From Patescibacteria group bacterium (GTDB lineage: Bacteria; Patescibacteriota; Minisyncoccia; JACQLN01), in contig JBBTRR010000001.1 of assembly GCA_038065095.1 (NCBI GenBank), forward strand, positions 29,652 to 93,651: DNA of 64,000 nt, written 5' to 3'. Positions 35,944-46,067 of the stretch are shown here, piece by piece. The notes under the pieces were generated by a model. The model worked only from the letters and a program-made list of their open reading frames with translations. It had not been told where the DNA came from and ran no database searches. Position 1 is the first letter of the stretch; every line of letters begins with the position of its first letter. The position numbers and the translations under genes are program-made.

Positions 35944-36194
35944 AACATTATGCCAAAGGATTTTGATAAGTGGAATTATAAGAAAAAAGAATTACAAAAA
36001 CGAGGAACTACTCCTTTTTGTTATCCGCGGGAAGTATGGTATATACAGGATATTAAGGGAGTTTCGTAATTCAAAGTACCCTTTGTATTTAAAGGTGGGG
36101 AGATGTTCTTTGAAAATGAAATAAGTTTAATTTTTTTCTTCTAAACTCGCGCCTACGGGCGCACATTCGTATCTGCGGACACAAGGAGGACACA

Positions 36195-36380
36195 ATGGTG
36201 GCTTACGAAGTAGGAATCGGGATTCTAATATCCGCGTTGTTGGCACTGATTTGTTTACTGGCGTCCAACAAGTGGGGAAAAGAATCGACGAAGTGGTTTC
36301 ATGTCGGGACCATCATCGCTATCGTTGTAGTTTTGATAGTGAAAGCAATTAAAGATCGTAAATGGAGGTTCTTCTCATGA
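36195..36380 (+). CDS. small hypothetical membrane protein
   Basis: 61-aa ORF with two TM segments and AAGGAGGACACA-ATG RBS. GC-richer than the genome average. Confidence 0.3.
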   Translation: MVAYEVGIGILISALLALICLLASNKWGKESTKWFHVGTIIAIVVVLIVKAIKDRKWRFFS

Positions 36381-37327
36381 ATCCTGTCGTTCGTCGCGTT
36401 CTCACCATAGTTACAATCGTCCTTGCGGGGTTTTTAATCCTGCAATTGGCAAGCGTACTGATGGCCATGTCGATTTATTCATGGTTTTTCCAAACCATTA
36501 GGAATGCATCAGGCATGCCTGATGCATTAAATGGGGCAATTAGTATTTGGCTCGTCGCCATCGTTCTGATGCTGCTCCCCACTTTCTTTTCTGCAATCTT
36601 CTTCAGGAAGACTCTAAAGAAGGTGCTCATCGTTGCAGGAGCACTGTCTGGTTGGGTTTTGATTGTATACTTCATGTCTTTGCCAAAGGAGGGACAGTTT
36701 TTCAACCCTATGACTGGGCAGACGATGTATCGTTATGCACGGTCTCCTGACGGCAAGATTGATCTCTTTCCTCTAGGTTACAAATTTCATCCGAGGTATG
36801 GAACAGAGTTGGAACTAGTAACACCAGAGATTATAAAAGAGATTGATCGAAAGGCTACAGAGGCTGTCATGAACCAAGAGAAGGAACAAGAACGACAAAG
36901 ATTGATGAACCTCAATTTGCAAAATGCGCAGAGAGAGAAAGAGCTGGCTCAGCAGAGAGCTGAAGCCAGTGAGCGAAGAGAGAAAGAGGCTCGGGCTAAA
37001 CTTCAGTTCTCTCAGAGAGAGAAAGAGCTGGCTCAGCAGAGAGCTGAAGCCAAAGAAAGCGAACAACAAAATCAGGAACTGGATCGACTCAGGGCTCAAA
37101 TCAAAGAAGGCCAAGAAAAAGTACTTCGACAGATGCGAGAGGATTCTGTTCGAGTAGCAAAGTACCTGGCTGAAAAAGAAGCTCAAGCATTAAAATCAAA
37201 AGAGAAGCCCAAGAAAGATATATGTAATGGTGGTCAGTCTCTTGGTCCAGGCATGTATGCTGGTAAAACATGTTGGGATTCCGACGGAGGAATGTATATT
37301 ACAGGAGGAAGTGTGACTCCTAGATGA
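36362..37327 (+). CDS. membrane-anchored coiled-coil protein with exact 40-nt in-frame direct repeat
   Basis: 3 TM segments, then a Q/E/K/R-rich coiled coil. QREKELAQQRAEA is encoded twice (36929-36968 and 37013-37052). GC-richer than the flanks. Confidence 0.4.
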   Translation: MEVLLMNPVVRRVLTIVTIVLAGFLILQLASVLMAMSIYSWFFQTIRNASGMPDALNGAISIWLVAIVLMLLPTFFSAIFFRKTLKKVLIVAGALSGWVLIVYFMSLPKEGQFFNPMTGQTMYRYARSPDGKIDLFPLGYKFHPRYGTELELVTPEIIKEIDRKATEAVMNQEKEQERQRLMNLNLQNAQREKELAQQRAEASERREKEARAKLQFSQREKELAQQRAEAKESEQQNQELDRLRAQIKEGQEKVLRQMREDSVRVAKYLAEKEAQALKSKEKPKKDICNGGQSLGPGMYAGKTCWDSDGGMYITGGSVTPR

Positions 37328-37532
37328 ACCAAAGAATATAATTAACTTGTGGGTGTCTTTGTATAACCCTTAAAAAGCTCTACGATTTTACAAATGTGAT
37401 ACGTAGGGCTTTTTCTTTTATATTTAAATATAAAGGTTCAACCTTTTCTTTTCTTGTCGGGGTTTTAATATAAAACAAAAACTGCTATTCTATTTTTAAG
37501 ATACATTTAAGTTTAATTTTAAAAAACAAATC

Positions 37533-38804
37533 ATGCATAATTTTATAAAAGATGTTTGGCCAAATGGTTTAAGAGCAATTTATGTGCCGATGCAAGGAAC
37601 TCAAACTTTAACCTTGTTGGTTTTGGCAGGCACTGGTTCGCGTTACGAAACAAAAGATATAAACGGTATTTCGCACTTTTTGGAACACATGTTTTTTAAA
37701 GGTACTACCAAACGTCCTGGCAAATCGGATATTGCTCATGAACTAGATGCAGTGGGTGCGGCCTACAATGCTTTTACAGATAAAGAATTAACGGGCTATT
37801 GGGTTAAGGTGGATAGCAAACATTCCGATTTAGCTTTTGATGTTGTAAGCGATATATTTTTAAATTCTACAATTCCACAAGAAGAAATAGAAAAAGAACG
37901 CGGTGTAATTATTGGCGAAATAGATATGTATGAAGATACGCCAATGCGAAAAATTGGCGACACCTTTGAAGAATTATTATATGGCGATCAGCCTGCAGGT
38001 TGGGATATTGCCGGCAGAAAAGAAGTTATTCGTTCTATAAATCGACAACATTTTATAGATTACATAGATAAGCACTACCGTTCAAAGGGTATTGTGGTTG
38101 TTGTAGCAGGAAATATTACAGCAGAAGATGCAAAAGAAAAAGTTCATAAATATTTTAGTACAGTAAAAGAAGGCGATGTACCAAAACCACTTCCATGTGT
38201 GGAATCTCAAAGTGAACCACAAATAAAAGTTTTTTATAAGGAAACGGATCAGTGTCATATAATTTTAGGTGCTCGGGCTTATAATATGTTTGATCCTCGC
38301 CGTTGGGCTTTAGGCTTGCTCGCCACAATTTTGGGCGGAGGAATGTCTTCTAGATTATTTATAAGAATTCGTGATGAACTTGGTTTGGGTTATTACATTA
38401 GAGCTTCGTCTACACTTTCGCTAGACCATGGTTACTTCGAAGTAAGTTCTGGAGTTGATACTGCTAGAGTATATGAAGCTGTGGAAGCCATAATGACCGA
38501 ATTAAAAAAGATAAAAGTGAATGGAGTAGAGGAAAGAGAGCTTCAAAAATCTAAGGACTTTATAAGGGGAGGAACATTGCTTGGTTTGGAAGCTTCCGAT
38601 GATTTAGCCTCGTTTTTTGGCCTTCAGGAGGTCTTAACCAATAATGTATTGACAGTTGAACAAAAGTTCAGTATGATGGATAAAGTTACTTTGGCCGACA
38701 TTAAAAGTGTGGCCGAAGATATCTTCCAAAATAAAAATCTCAACTTGGCCGTAATTGGCCCGCTTAAGGACAAGGCAGGCTTTGAAGGGATATTAAAATT
38801 TTGA
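37533..38804 (+). CDS. M16-family zinc peptidase (insulinase-like)
   Basis: HFLEHMFFKGT inverted HxxEH zinc motif. Confidence 0.8.
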   Translation: MHNFIKDVWPNGLRAIYVPMQGTQTLTLLVLAGTGSRYETKDINGISHFLEHMFFKGTTKRPGKSDIAHELDAVGAAYNAFTDKELTGYWVKVDSKHSDLAFDVVSDIFLNSTIPQEEIEKERGVIIGEIDMYEDTPMRKIGDTFEELLYGDQPAGWDIAGRKEVIRSINRQHFIDYIDKHYRSKGIVVVVAGNITAEDAKEKVHKYFSTVKEGDVPKPLPCVESQSEPQIKVFYKETDQCHIILGARAYNMFDPRRWALGLLATILGGGMSSRLFIRIRDELGLGYYIRASSTLSLDHGYFEVSSGVDTARVYEAVEAIMTELKKIKVNGVEERELQKSKDFIRGGTLLGLEASDDLASFFGLQEVLTNNVLTVEQKFSMMDKVTLADIKSVAEDIFQNKNLNLAVIGPLKDKAGFEGILKF

Positions 38805-39841
38805 AATCTCAGTCATCTCATACCGATATCAGCATAACCACGGAAACTTTACTCCGTGCTTTTGCTATTGTACTCGGGCTAGCGCTTATCTATTTAATTC
38901 GTGATGTAATAGCCGTACTTTTGTTTTCTATTATAATTGCAGCTGCTATTACACCGCTGGCTAATTATTTTCAAGGTAAAGGCATACCTAGAACCTTAGG
39001 AGTTTTTGCTATATATTTTTTGGCATTCTTGGTTTTAGGTACAATACTTTATTTTATAATTTCGCCATTATCGGATGAACTGGATAATCTTTCTTTGGTG
39101 GTTCCGCTTTATTTTGATAAAGTAGATGGTTTTTTTAAAGTTATTCGAGATTCGGCTCCGCAGTACGAACAGTTGTTAAATAAGGTTCAAGATAATCTTG
39201 TCGCCATAAGCAATGATCTTGCCAACGTCTCAGGAAATATTTTTGGAGCTACTAGCGGAATATTTGGTGGTTTTATTTCTGCGGTTTTTGTTATTGTTAT
39301 TTCTTTTTACCTAGCAGCACAGGAACATGGTATTAATATGTTTTTGCGTGCAGTTACACCAAAAGAAAAACAGCCTTACGTTTTAAATTTATGGTCTCGC
39401 GCCCAATACAAACTTGGACGTTGGCTTCAAGCTCAATTAATTCTTAGCATAATAGTCGGTGTTTTAATTTATATCGGGCTTTTGATTTTTGGAATTAACC
39501 ATAGGGTGCTTTTAGCTTTAATTGCCGGCATAATGGAAATAATTCCAATATTTGGTCCCGTACTGGCTGCGGTCCCCGCTATAATTTTAGGTTTACTAAA
39601 GTCCCCGATAGTAGCACTTTGGGTAATTCTTATATACACTATTATTCATCAATTGGAGAATCATGTTTTTGTGCCTAATATAATGAATCGCGCCGTTGGG
39701 CTTAATCCTGTTATAGTTATAATATCTTTGCTTATTGGTGGTGAACTTTTTGGTATACCAGGTATAATTCTTTCTGTGCCGGTGGCTGTAGTTTTAGTAG
39801 AAATTATAAAAGATTTTGGGCATCATCACGAAGAAGTTTAA
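38801..39841 (+). CDS. AI-2E family transporter (PerM/UPF0118)
   Basis: 8-TM architecture with C-terminal GIPGIILSVPV motif. Confidence 0.55.
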   Translation: MKSQSSHTDISITTETLLRAFAIVLGLALIYLIRDVIAVLLFSIIIAAAITPLANYFQGKGIPRTLGVFAIYFLAFLVLGTILYFIISPLSDELDNLSLVVPLYFDKVDGFFKVIRDSAPQYEQLLNKVQDNLVAISNDLANVSGNIFGATSGIFGGFISAVFVIVISFYLAAQEHGINMFLRAVTPKEKQPYVLNLWSRAQYKLGRWLQAQLILSIIVGVLIYIGLLIFGINHRVLLALIAGIMEIIPIFGPVLAAVPAIILGLLKSPIVALWVILIYTIIHQLENHVFVPNIMNRAVGLNPVIVIISLLIGGELFGIPGIILSVPVAVVLVEIIKDFGHHHEEV

Positions 39842-39864
39842 AATGAATTAATCTTTATCAAAAT

Positions 39865-39977
39865 ATCAGCCTTCACAGACGACATGGAGCCTCTTTATTT
39901 ATATAAGATAGTCTTCCTGCCTATGGCAGGTAAACTCCATACCTGCCCGCCTTTGGCGGGATGCTGTTCAGGCTGAT
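39865..39977 (+). repeat. hairpin repeat HR, subtype 2 long form, copy A
   Basis: ATCAGCCTTCACAGACGACATGGAGCCTCTTTATTTATATAAGATAGTCTTCCTGCCTATGGCAGGTAAACTCCATACCTGCCCGCCTTTGGCGGGATGCTGTTCAGGCTGAT. 24 nt after a stop codon. Confidence 0.75.
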
Positions 39978-39990
39978 GTTTTGAAAACTC

Positions 39991-41472
39991 ATGAATAAGT
40001 TTTATATTACAACCGCTATTGATTATGTTAATGGCAAGCCTCACATTGGACACGCTTTAGAAAAGATTCAAGCGGATGTTTTGGCGCGTTACCACAGAAT
40101 AAAAGGTGATGACGTGTTCTTTTTAACGGGCACCGACGAACACGGTGTTAAGATTTTTCGTGAAGCCGAAAGAGCTGGTAAAGATACGCAGGATTTTGTA
40201 AACGAAAATGCAGAATATTTTAAACAATTAAAAACCGTTTTAAATCTTTCTTGGGATGAATTTATTAGAACTACCGATAAAGAAAAACATTGGTTGGGAG
40301 TTCAAAAGTTATGGCAGAAGCTTTACGAGGCTGGTGATATTTATAAGAAAAAATATAATGGTCTTTATTGTGTTGGCTGTGAATCTTTTAAAACAGATAG
40401 AGATTTAATAGATGGTAAGTGTCAGGATCACCAAAAAGAACCAGAACTGGTTGAGCAAGAAAATTGGTTTTTTAGGCTTTCAAAATATCAAAAAGAAATA
40501 GAATCAAGAATTAAGAATAACGAATTAAGAATAATTCCGGAGTCCAGAAAAAATGAAATTTTGTCTTTTATAGAATCGGGTTTAGAAGACATTAGTTTTT
40601 CTAGGCCAAAAAAAGATTTACCGTGGGGTGTTCCTGTGCCAAACGATGCAGATCAAGTAATGTATGTTTGGTGCGATGCTTTGTCTAACTATATAACCGC
40701 AATTGGTTATGGTGATGAAACCGAGCAATTTAAAAAACTTTGGCCGGCTGATCTTCAGATTATAGGTAAAGATATTTTGCGTTTTCATGCTGCTATTTGG
40801 CCAGGCATACTTTTGTCGGCTGGTTTAGCTTTGCCTAAAAAGCTTTTTGTTCACGGTTTTGTTTCAGTAGAGGGGCAAAAAATGTCTAAAAGTTTGGGTA
40901 ATATTGTAGACCCTGTGTCGCTTGCTAAAAAATATGGAACAGATGCTTTGCGTTATTATCTTTTACGAGAAATTCCTTCATACGAAGATGGAGATTTTAG
41001 TTTAAGAAAATTTGAAGATAGATATTCTGCGGATTTAGCTAATGGTTTAGGAAACTTAGTGGCGCGAATAGTGACTTTAGGAGAAAAAAACCACCCTTCT
41101 GGTAGTATCTCTTTTGATTTTGGAGATGACATCATTGATATGGTCAAAAAAGAGAGTAATCGTATTTTCCGTGAATACGAAAATAAAATTTCAGAATTCA
41201 AACTGCATGAAGCCTTGGGGGTTGTCTGGGAACTTATAGGTATAGCTGATAAATATATTAACGAGACAAAGCCATGGGAAAAATACGATATAATTTTAAG
41301 TGGTGAATTTAGAAAAATAATGGCGAATTCTGGTTATTTGCTGGGTGTTATACTAAATTTAGTTGAGCCATTTTTGCCAGAAACAGGTGAAAGAATTAGA
41401 AAACAGATTTGGTTTACGGAATCTGCGATAAACTTTAAGAAAGGAGAAAATTTGTTTCCTAGGTTAAATTAA
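39991..41472 (+). CDS. metG: methionyl-tRNA synthetase (minimal form)
   Basis: IDYVNGKPHIGHA (HIGH), KMSKSLGN. Confidence 0.9.
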   Translation: MNKFYITTAIDYVNGKPHIGHALEKIQADVLARYHRIKGDDVFFLTGTDEHGVKIFREAERAGKDTQDFVNENAEYFKQLKTVLNLSWDEFIRTTDKEKHWLGVQKLWQKLYEAGDIYKKKYNGLYCVGCESFKTDRDLIDGKCQDHQKEPELVEQENWFFRLSKYQKEIESRIKNNELRIIPESRKNEILSFIESGLEDISFSRPKKDLPWGVPVPNDADQVMYVWCDALSNYITAIGYGDETEQFKKLWPADLQIIGKDILRFHAAIWPGILLSAGLALPKKLFVHGFVSVEGQKMSKSLGNIVDPVSLAKKYGTDALRYYLLREIPSYEDGDFSLRKFEDRYSADLANGLGNLVARIVTLGEKNHPSGSISFDFGDDIIDMVKKESNRIFREYENKISEFKLHEALGVVWELIGIADKYINETKPWEKYDIILSGEFRKIMANSGYLLGVILNLVEPFLPETGERIRKQIWFTESAINFKKGENLFPRLN

Positions 41473-41484
41473 ATACACAAAAAC

Positions 41485-41559
41485 ATCGTTCCTCACAGAC
41501 GATATGGAGCCTCTTTATTTATATAAATAAGTCTTCTCCATAATGCTGTTCGGAACGAT
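41485..41559 (+). repeat. hairpin repeat HR, subtype 2 short form, copy B
   Basis: ATCGTTCCTCACAGACGATATGGAGCCTCTTTATTTATATAAATAAGTCTTCTCCATAATGCTGTTCGGAACGAT followed by ATTTTTTC. 13 nt after the metG stop. Confidence 0.75.
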
Positions 41560-41576
41560 ATTTTTTCTTAAACATA

Positions 41577-42404
41577 ATGAATCCAAAATTAATAGACGCT
41601 CATACGCACGTTCAATTTGCTACATACAAAGACGATAGAGACGAAGTTATAAAAAGATCTTTAGACACTGGAATTTGGATGGTTAATGTTGGTACGCAAA
41701 TAGATACTTCGCTTGAGGCAATTAAACTTGCCGAAAAATATTCACAAGGTGTTTATGCAACTGTTGGCTTGCATCCGGTTCATACGGATAAATCGTTTCA
41801 TGACAAAGCTGAGCTTGGTGAAGGAGGAATGGAATTTACTAGTAAGGGTGAGGTTTTTGATTACGAGGAATATAAAAAATTGGCGCTTAATCCAAAAGTT
41901 GTGGCTATAGGTGAGTGCGGTTTAGATTATTATCATTCGGCAGAATATAGAAAAAAACAGGAGAAAGTTTTCATAGAACAAATAGAATTAGCATATGAGG
42001 TTAAAAAACCTTTAATGATTCACTGTCGCAAAGCTTTTGACGATTTATTAAATGTTTTAAGGGATAATCGGCATAAATTACAAACTGTTCCGGGTATAAT
42101 ACATTTTTTTAGTGGTGACTTGAAACAAGCGACCATGCTTTTAGATATGGGTTTTTATTTTACATTTGGCGGTGTAGTAACTTTTACTCGCGATTACGAC
42201 GAAATTATAAAAACTGTTCCTATTAACCGTTTGCTTTTAGAAACTGATGCTCCTTATGTAACTCCAGCGCCATTTCGCGGTCAGCGTAACGAGCCTGTGT
42301 ATGTGGTGGAGGTGGCTAAAAAAATTGGTGAAATAAAAAATATTGATTTCGAAGAAGTTTCTCATCACACCATAGAAAACGCAAGGAACATTTTTAAAAT
42401 ATAA
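41577..42404 (+). CDS. tatD: TatD-family metal-dependent DNase/hydrolase
   Basis: LIDAHTHVQF and TatD motifs throughout. Confidence 0.85.
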   Translation: MNPKLIDAHTHVQFATYKDDRDEVIKRSLDTGIWMVNVGTQIDTSLEAIKLAEKYSQGVYATVGLHPVHTDKSFHDKAELGEGGMEFTSKGEVFDYEEYKKLALNPKVVAIGECGLDYYHSAEYRKKQEKVFIEQIELAYEVKKPLMIHCRKAFDDLLNVLRDNRHKLQTVPGIIHFFSGDLKQATMLLDMGFYFTFGGVVTFTRDYDEIIKTVPINRLLLETDAPYVTPAPFRGQRNEPVYVVEVAKKIGEIKNIDFEEVSHHTIENARNIFKI

Positions 42405-42463
42405 TTTGTAAATTATTCTCTATTGTTATATTCTGTCATAAACCATAATTAAGGAGGTCAAAA

Positions 42464-42751
42464 ATGGCAAAGCCTAAGACCAAACGAGTAATTATAGGAA
42501 CCAGTATTACCGCAACCAGAGCTGTGAAGGGAAAGGTTCCCGAGACATCTTTATTATGTAAGATCCCCAATGTTCTTTTAAGTCTAGATCAGCGTACGCA
42601 TATCGCCGTATACAAGCCTGATGGCTCTCTGGATACTGGGAATATTTTCAAATTCGAGATAGCAGCAGATACTCTTGCTATAACCATGGATGAAAATAGC
42701 AAGGTAGAAAGTATTACACGTTCTTATCGCCTTGAAGAAAAAACAGAGTAG
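42464..42751 (+). CDS. hypothetical protein
   Basis: GGAGGTCAAAA-ATG RBS. 95 aa. A terminator (AAATCCGCCTATCGGCGGATTTTTC) follows. Confidence 0.35.
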   Translation: MAKPKTKRVIIGTSITATRAVKGKVPETSLLCKIPNVLLSLDQRTHIAVYKPDGSLDTGNIFKFEIAADTLAITMDENSKVESITRSYRLEEKTE

Positions 42752-42875
42752 TTCTGTGTAACAAATAAATCCGCCTATCGGCGGATTTTTCTTGCTTTAA
42801 ACCTCCTTTTTCGCTATTTTAGATAGATACAAATGGCTCCTCCTTCGCGCAAGGCTACGGAAGGACAAGTAAAAA

Positions 42876-45266
42876 ATGAAGTACAACCATAAAAAAGTAG
42901 AATCTAAATGGCATAAGAAGTGGGTTTTAGAGAAGGTTTATGAACCCGATCTTAAAAATGCCAAGAATTCATACTATAACTTGATGATGTTTCCATATCC
43001 TTCAGCCGAAGGGTTACACGTGGGTAATATGTATGCTTTTGTTGGTAGCGACATTCATGGGCGTTTTAAAAGAATGCAGGGCTTTAATGTTTTTGAACCG
43101 ATTGGCCTTGATGGTTTTGGCATTCATTCCGAAAATTACGCTTTAAAAATTGGCGAGCATCCTATGGATCAAGCTAGAGTTTCCGAGAAGAATTTTTACC
43201 GCCAATTACAAATGATAGGTAATGGTTTTGCTTGGAATGAAAAATTAGAAACTTACGATCCCGAATATTATAAATGGACTCAATGGATTTTTATTCAGCT
43301 TTATAAAAAAGGTTTGGCTTATCGTAAAAAATCGGCAGTTAATTGGTGCCCTTCTTGCTTAACAGTTTTAGCCGATGAGCAGGTTATTAGCGGTGAATGC
43401 GAAAGGTGTAATACAAAAGTTATTAAAAAAGAACTAGAACAATGGTTTTTTAGAATTACCAAATATGCCGATAAGCTTTTAAAGGGTTTGGATAAAATTG
43501 ATTGGAGTGAAAAAGTAAAAATCGCACAACGGAATTGGATAGGTAAATCGGAAGGCGCTTCTATTAAATTTAGTTTAGTAGATGTTACAGGTCAAAAAAA
43601 TGGCAAACATTTTGTAGAAGTTTTTACTACACGCCCAGATACAATTTTTGGCGTAACTTTTGTTGCAATTTCACCAGAAAAGGCAAAGTTTTGGTTAGAT
43701 ATTGGTTGGCAAGCAGGTGAAGAAGTAAAAAGTTATATTACTAAAGCTCTTTCCGAAAGAGTTGCTAAAGATCAAAACCAAGATAAGGATAAATCCGGCA
43801 TATTTTCTGGTATCTTAGCAGTTAACCCAGCTAATAACGAAAAAATTCCAGTTTGGATTTCGGATTATATTTTGGCCGGCTATGGCACAGGTGCTGTTAT
43901 GGGAGTTCCAGCGCACGATGAGCGTGATTTTGAATTTGCTAAAAAATTCGAGTTGGCAATAAGTGACGCGTCTCTTGTTTCCATCGAAGAAGGAATAAAA
44001 AAAAGTGGCGGCAAAAAAACAGTTCAATTTCGACTTCGCGATTGGTTGATTTCTCGCCAGCGTTATTGGGGTGCGCCAATACCAATGATTCATTGTGAAA
44101 AATGCGGCTGGCAAACAGTGCCAGAAAAAGATTTACCAGTTAGATTGCCTTACATAAAAAACTTTAGGCCAACTGGTACAAGCGAGTCGCCTTTAGCAGC
44201 CAATGAAAATTTTTATAAAGTTAAATGTCCTAAATGCGAAGGTGTAGCCAGAAGGGAAACCGATGTTTCCGATACATTTTTAGATTCGGCTTGGTATTAC
44301 CTCGGATATCTTATGCTCGGAAATAAAAAATCTCTACTTCGCCGAGGCTACGCAGGGCAAGCAAAAAATAAAAAATTCTATTTTGATGGCGGATTAGTTA
44401 AAAAATGGTGCCCGGTGAACATGTATATTGGTGGCGCGGAACATTCTGTTTTGCATTTATTGTATGTTCGTTTCTTGGCAATGGTTTTTAAAGATTTACG
44501 TTTAACCAATTTTGGCGAACCTTTTAAAAAGTTTAGGGCACATGGCTTGTTAATAAAAGATGGGGCTAAGATGTCGAAATCGAAAGGGAACGTTATTAAT
44601 CCCGATGAATATATTAAAAATTATGGTGCCGATGTTTTAAGAATGTACTTAATGTTTTTGGGACCGTTTGATCAAGGTGGTGATTTTAGAGACGGTGGAA
44701 TAAAAGGAATAACCAGATTTTTAGATAGAGTGTGGAAAATTGCTAATAGCGACAAGCGATCCCACTACGCTAAAGCTTCGAGGGACGGGCAAGGGACAAG
44801 CGAAGAATTAAATAAGAAAATACACAAAACTATTAAGAAAGTTACGGAAGATATAGAAAATTTAAATTACAATACTTCGATTTCGGCTTTGATGGTTTTG
44901 TTAAATGAATTTGAGGCAAATATGGAATCTGTTGGTAAAAACGAATTAGAAATTTTTACTAAGCTTTTAGCGCCATTTGCACCACACATGAGCGAAGAGG
45001 TTTGGCGAGAAATTTTAAAGAATAAAAAATCTATTCATATAGCGCCTTGGCCAAAATTTGATTCTAAGCTAATTAAAGACGCAGAAGTAGATGTGGTGGT
45101 TCAGGTTAATGCTAAAATGCGCGCGGTTATAAAACTGCCTGCGGGTGCCTCGCAAAAAGATGTTGAAATCGCCGCTAAAAACAACGAAAACATTTCTAAA
45201 TATCTTATTTCCCCAATTAAAAAAGTTATCTTTATTAAAGATAAATTTATAAATTTTGTGGTTTAA
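42876..45266 (+). CDS. leuS: leucyl-tRNA synthetase
   Basis: HVGNMYAFVGSDIHGR (HIGH-region), KMSKSKGN, CP1 editing domain. Confidence 0.9.
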   Translation: MKYNHKKVESKWHKKWVLEKVYEPDLKNAKNSYYNLMMFPYPSAEGLHVGNMYAFVGSDIHGRFKRMQGFNVFEPIGLDGFGIHSENYALKIGEHPMDQARVSEKNFYRQLQMIGNGFAWNEKLETYDPEYYKWTQWIFIQLYKKGLAYRKKSAVNWCPSCLTVLADEQVISGECERCNTKVIKKELEQWFFRITKYADKLLKGLDKIDWSEKVKIAQRNWIGKSEGASIKFSLVDVTGQKNGKHFVEVFTTRPDTIFGVTFVAISPEKAKFWLDIGWQAGEEVKSYITKALSERVAKDQNQDKDKSGIFSGILAVNPANNEKIPVWISDYILAGYGTGAVMGVPAHDERDFEFAKKFELAISDASLVSIEEGIKKSGGKKTVQFRLRDWLISRQRYWGAPIPMIHCEKCGWQTVPEKDLPVRLPYIKNFRPTGTSESPLAANENFYKVKCPKCEGVARRETDVSDTFLDSAWYYLGYLMLGNKKSLLRRGYAGQAKNKKFYFDGGLVKKWCPVNMYIGGAEHSVLHLLYVRFLAMVFKDLRLTNFGEPFKKFRAHGLLIKDGAKMSKSKGNVINPDEYIKNYGADVLRMYLMFLGPFDQGGDFRDGGIKGITRFLDRVWKIANSDKRSHYAKASRDGQGTSEELNKKIHKTIKKVTEDIENLNYNTSISALMVLLNEFEANMESVGKNELEIFTKLLAPFAPHMSEEVWREILKNKKSIHIAPWPKFDSKLIKDAEVDVVVQVNAKMRAVIKLPAGASQKDVEIAAKNNENISKYLISPIKKVIFIKDKFINFVV

Positions 45267-45273
45267 TTTTTCT

Positions 45274-45356
45274 AAAATATCATTCTTCGCAGACGACACG
45301 GAGGCCTCTCAATTGTAGAATCGGTCATCTCCATGATGCTGCTCAGAATGATATTT
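45274..45356 (+). repeat. hairpin repeat HR, subtype 1, copy 3
   Basis: AAAATATCATTCTTCGCAGACGACACGGAGGCCTCTCAATTGTAGAATCGGTCATCTCCATGATGCTGCTCAGAATGATATTTT. 8 nt after the leuS stop. Confidence 0.75.
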
Positions 45357-45366
45357 TATATTGTAA

Positions 45367-46017
45367 GTGAAAATTTTAGATATTCGCAATAATTTTTCTC
45401 CAGAACTCGCCTCTAAAGAAGCGGCGCTAGCTTTGTTAAAAGGACGAGTGATAGTTTACCCTACCGATACGCTTTATGGCATGGGTGCTAATGCTTTCGA
45501 CAATGATGCTATAAGAAAAATTTTTGCTATTAAAAAACGTTCAGAAAAAAAACCATTACCAGTAATGGTAGGTTCCATAAGTATGGCCAAAGCCATGGCA
45601 GTTATAGATAAGCCGAGAGAAAAAATATTAAAAAGTTTTTGGCCGGGGCCTTTTACTTTTATATTAAAAAAGAAGCCAAGTATTTCTTTCTTGCTTACCG
45701 CTGGCAGAAATTCTATAGCTTTAAGAGTTCCCGATAATTATTTTTGTCAAAACCTAATTAAAGATTTTGAAGGGCCAGTTACGGCAACTTCGGCTAATAT
45801 TTCGGGCGAGGCTGATTATTTTGATTCTAGAGAAATAATAGAAAGGTTTAGCCTAGAAGAAATTCAGCCAGACTTGTTTATAGACAACGGAGTTTTGCCG
45901 GAATCCGATCCATCAACCATAATTGATCTAACCACAGATAATGTTAGAATAGTTAGAATTAATCCAACCAACAAAGAAAATTTTTTAAATATTTTAAAAA
46001 ATATACAGATAAAATAA
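45367..46017 (+). CDS. tsaC: L-threonylcarbamoyladenylate synthase (YrdC/Sua5 family)
   Basis: VYPTDTLYGMGANAF..., KKRSEKKPL. Confidence 0.75.
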   Translation: MKILDIRNNFSPELASKEAALALLKGRVIVYPTDTLYGMGANAFDNDAIRKIFAIKKRSEKKPLPVMVGSISMAKAMAVIDKPREKILKSFWPGPFTFILKKKPSISFLLTAGRNSIALRVPDNYFCQNLIKDFEGPVTATSANISGEADYFDSREIIERFSLEEIQPDLFIDNGVLPESDPSTIIDLTTDNVRIVRINPTNKENFLNILKNIQIK

Positions 46018-46067
46018 TATAAAACTTAATATATCTTCGCTCCTACAAGGAGGATCTTTTATATCAA

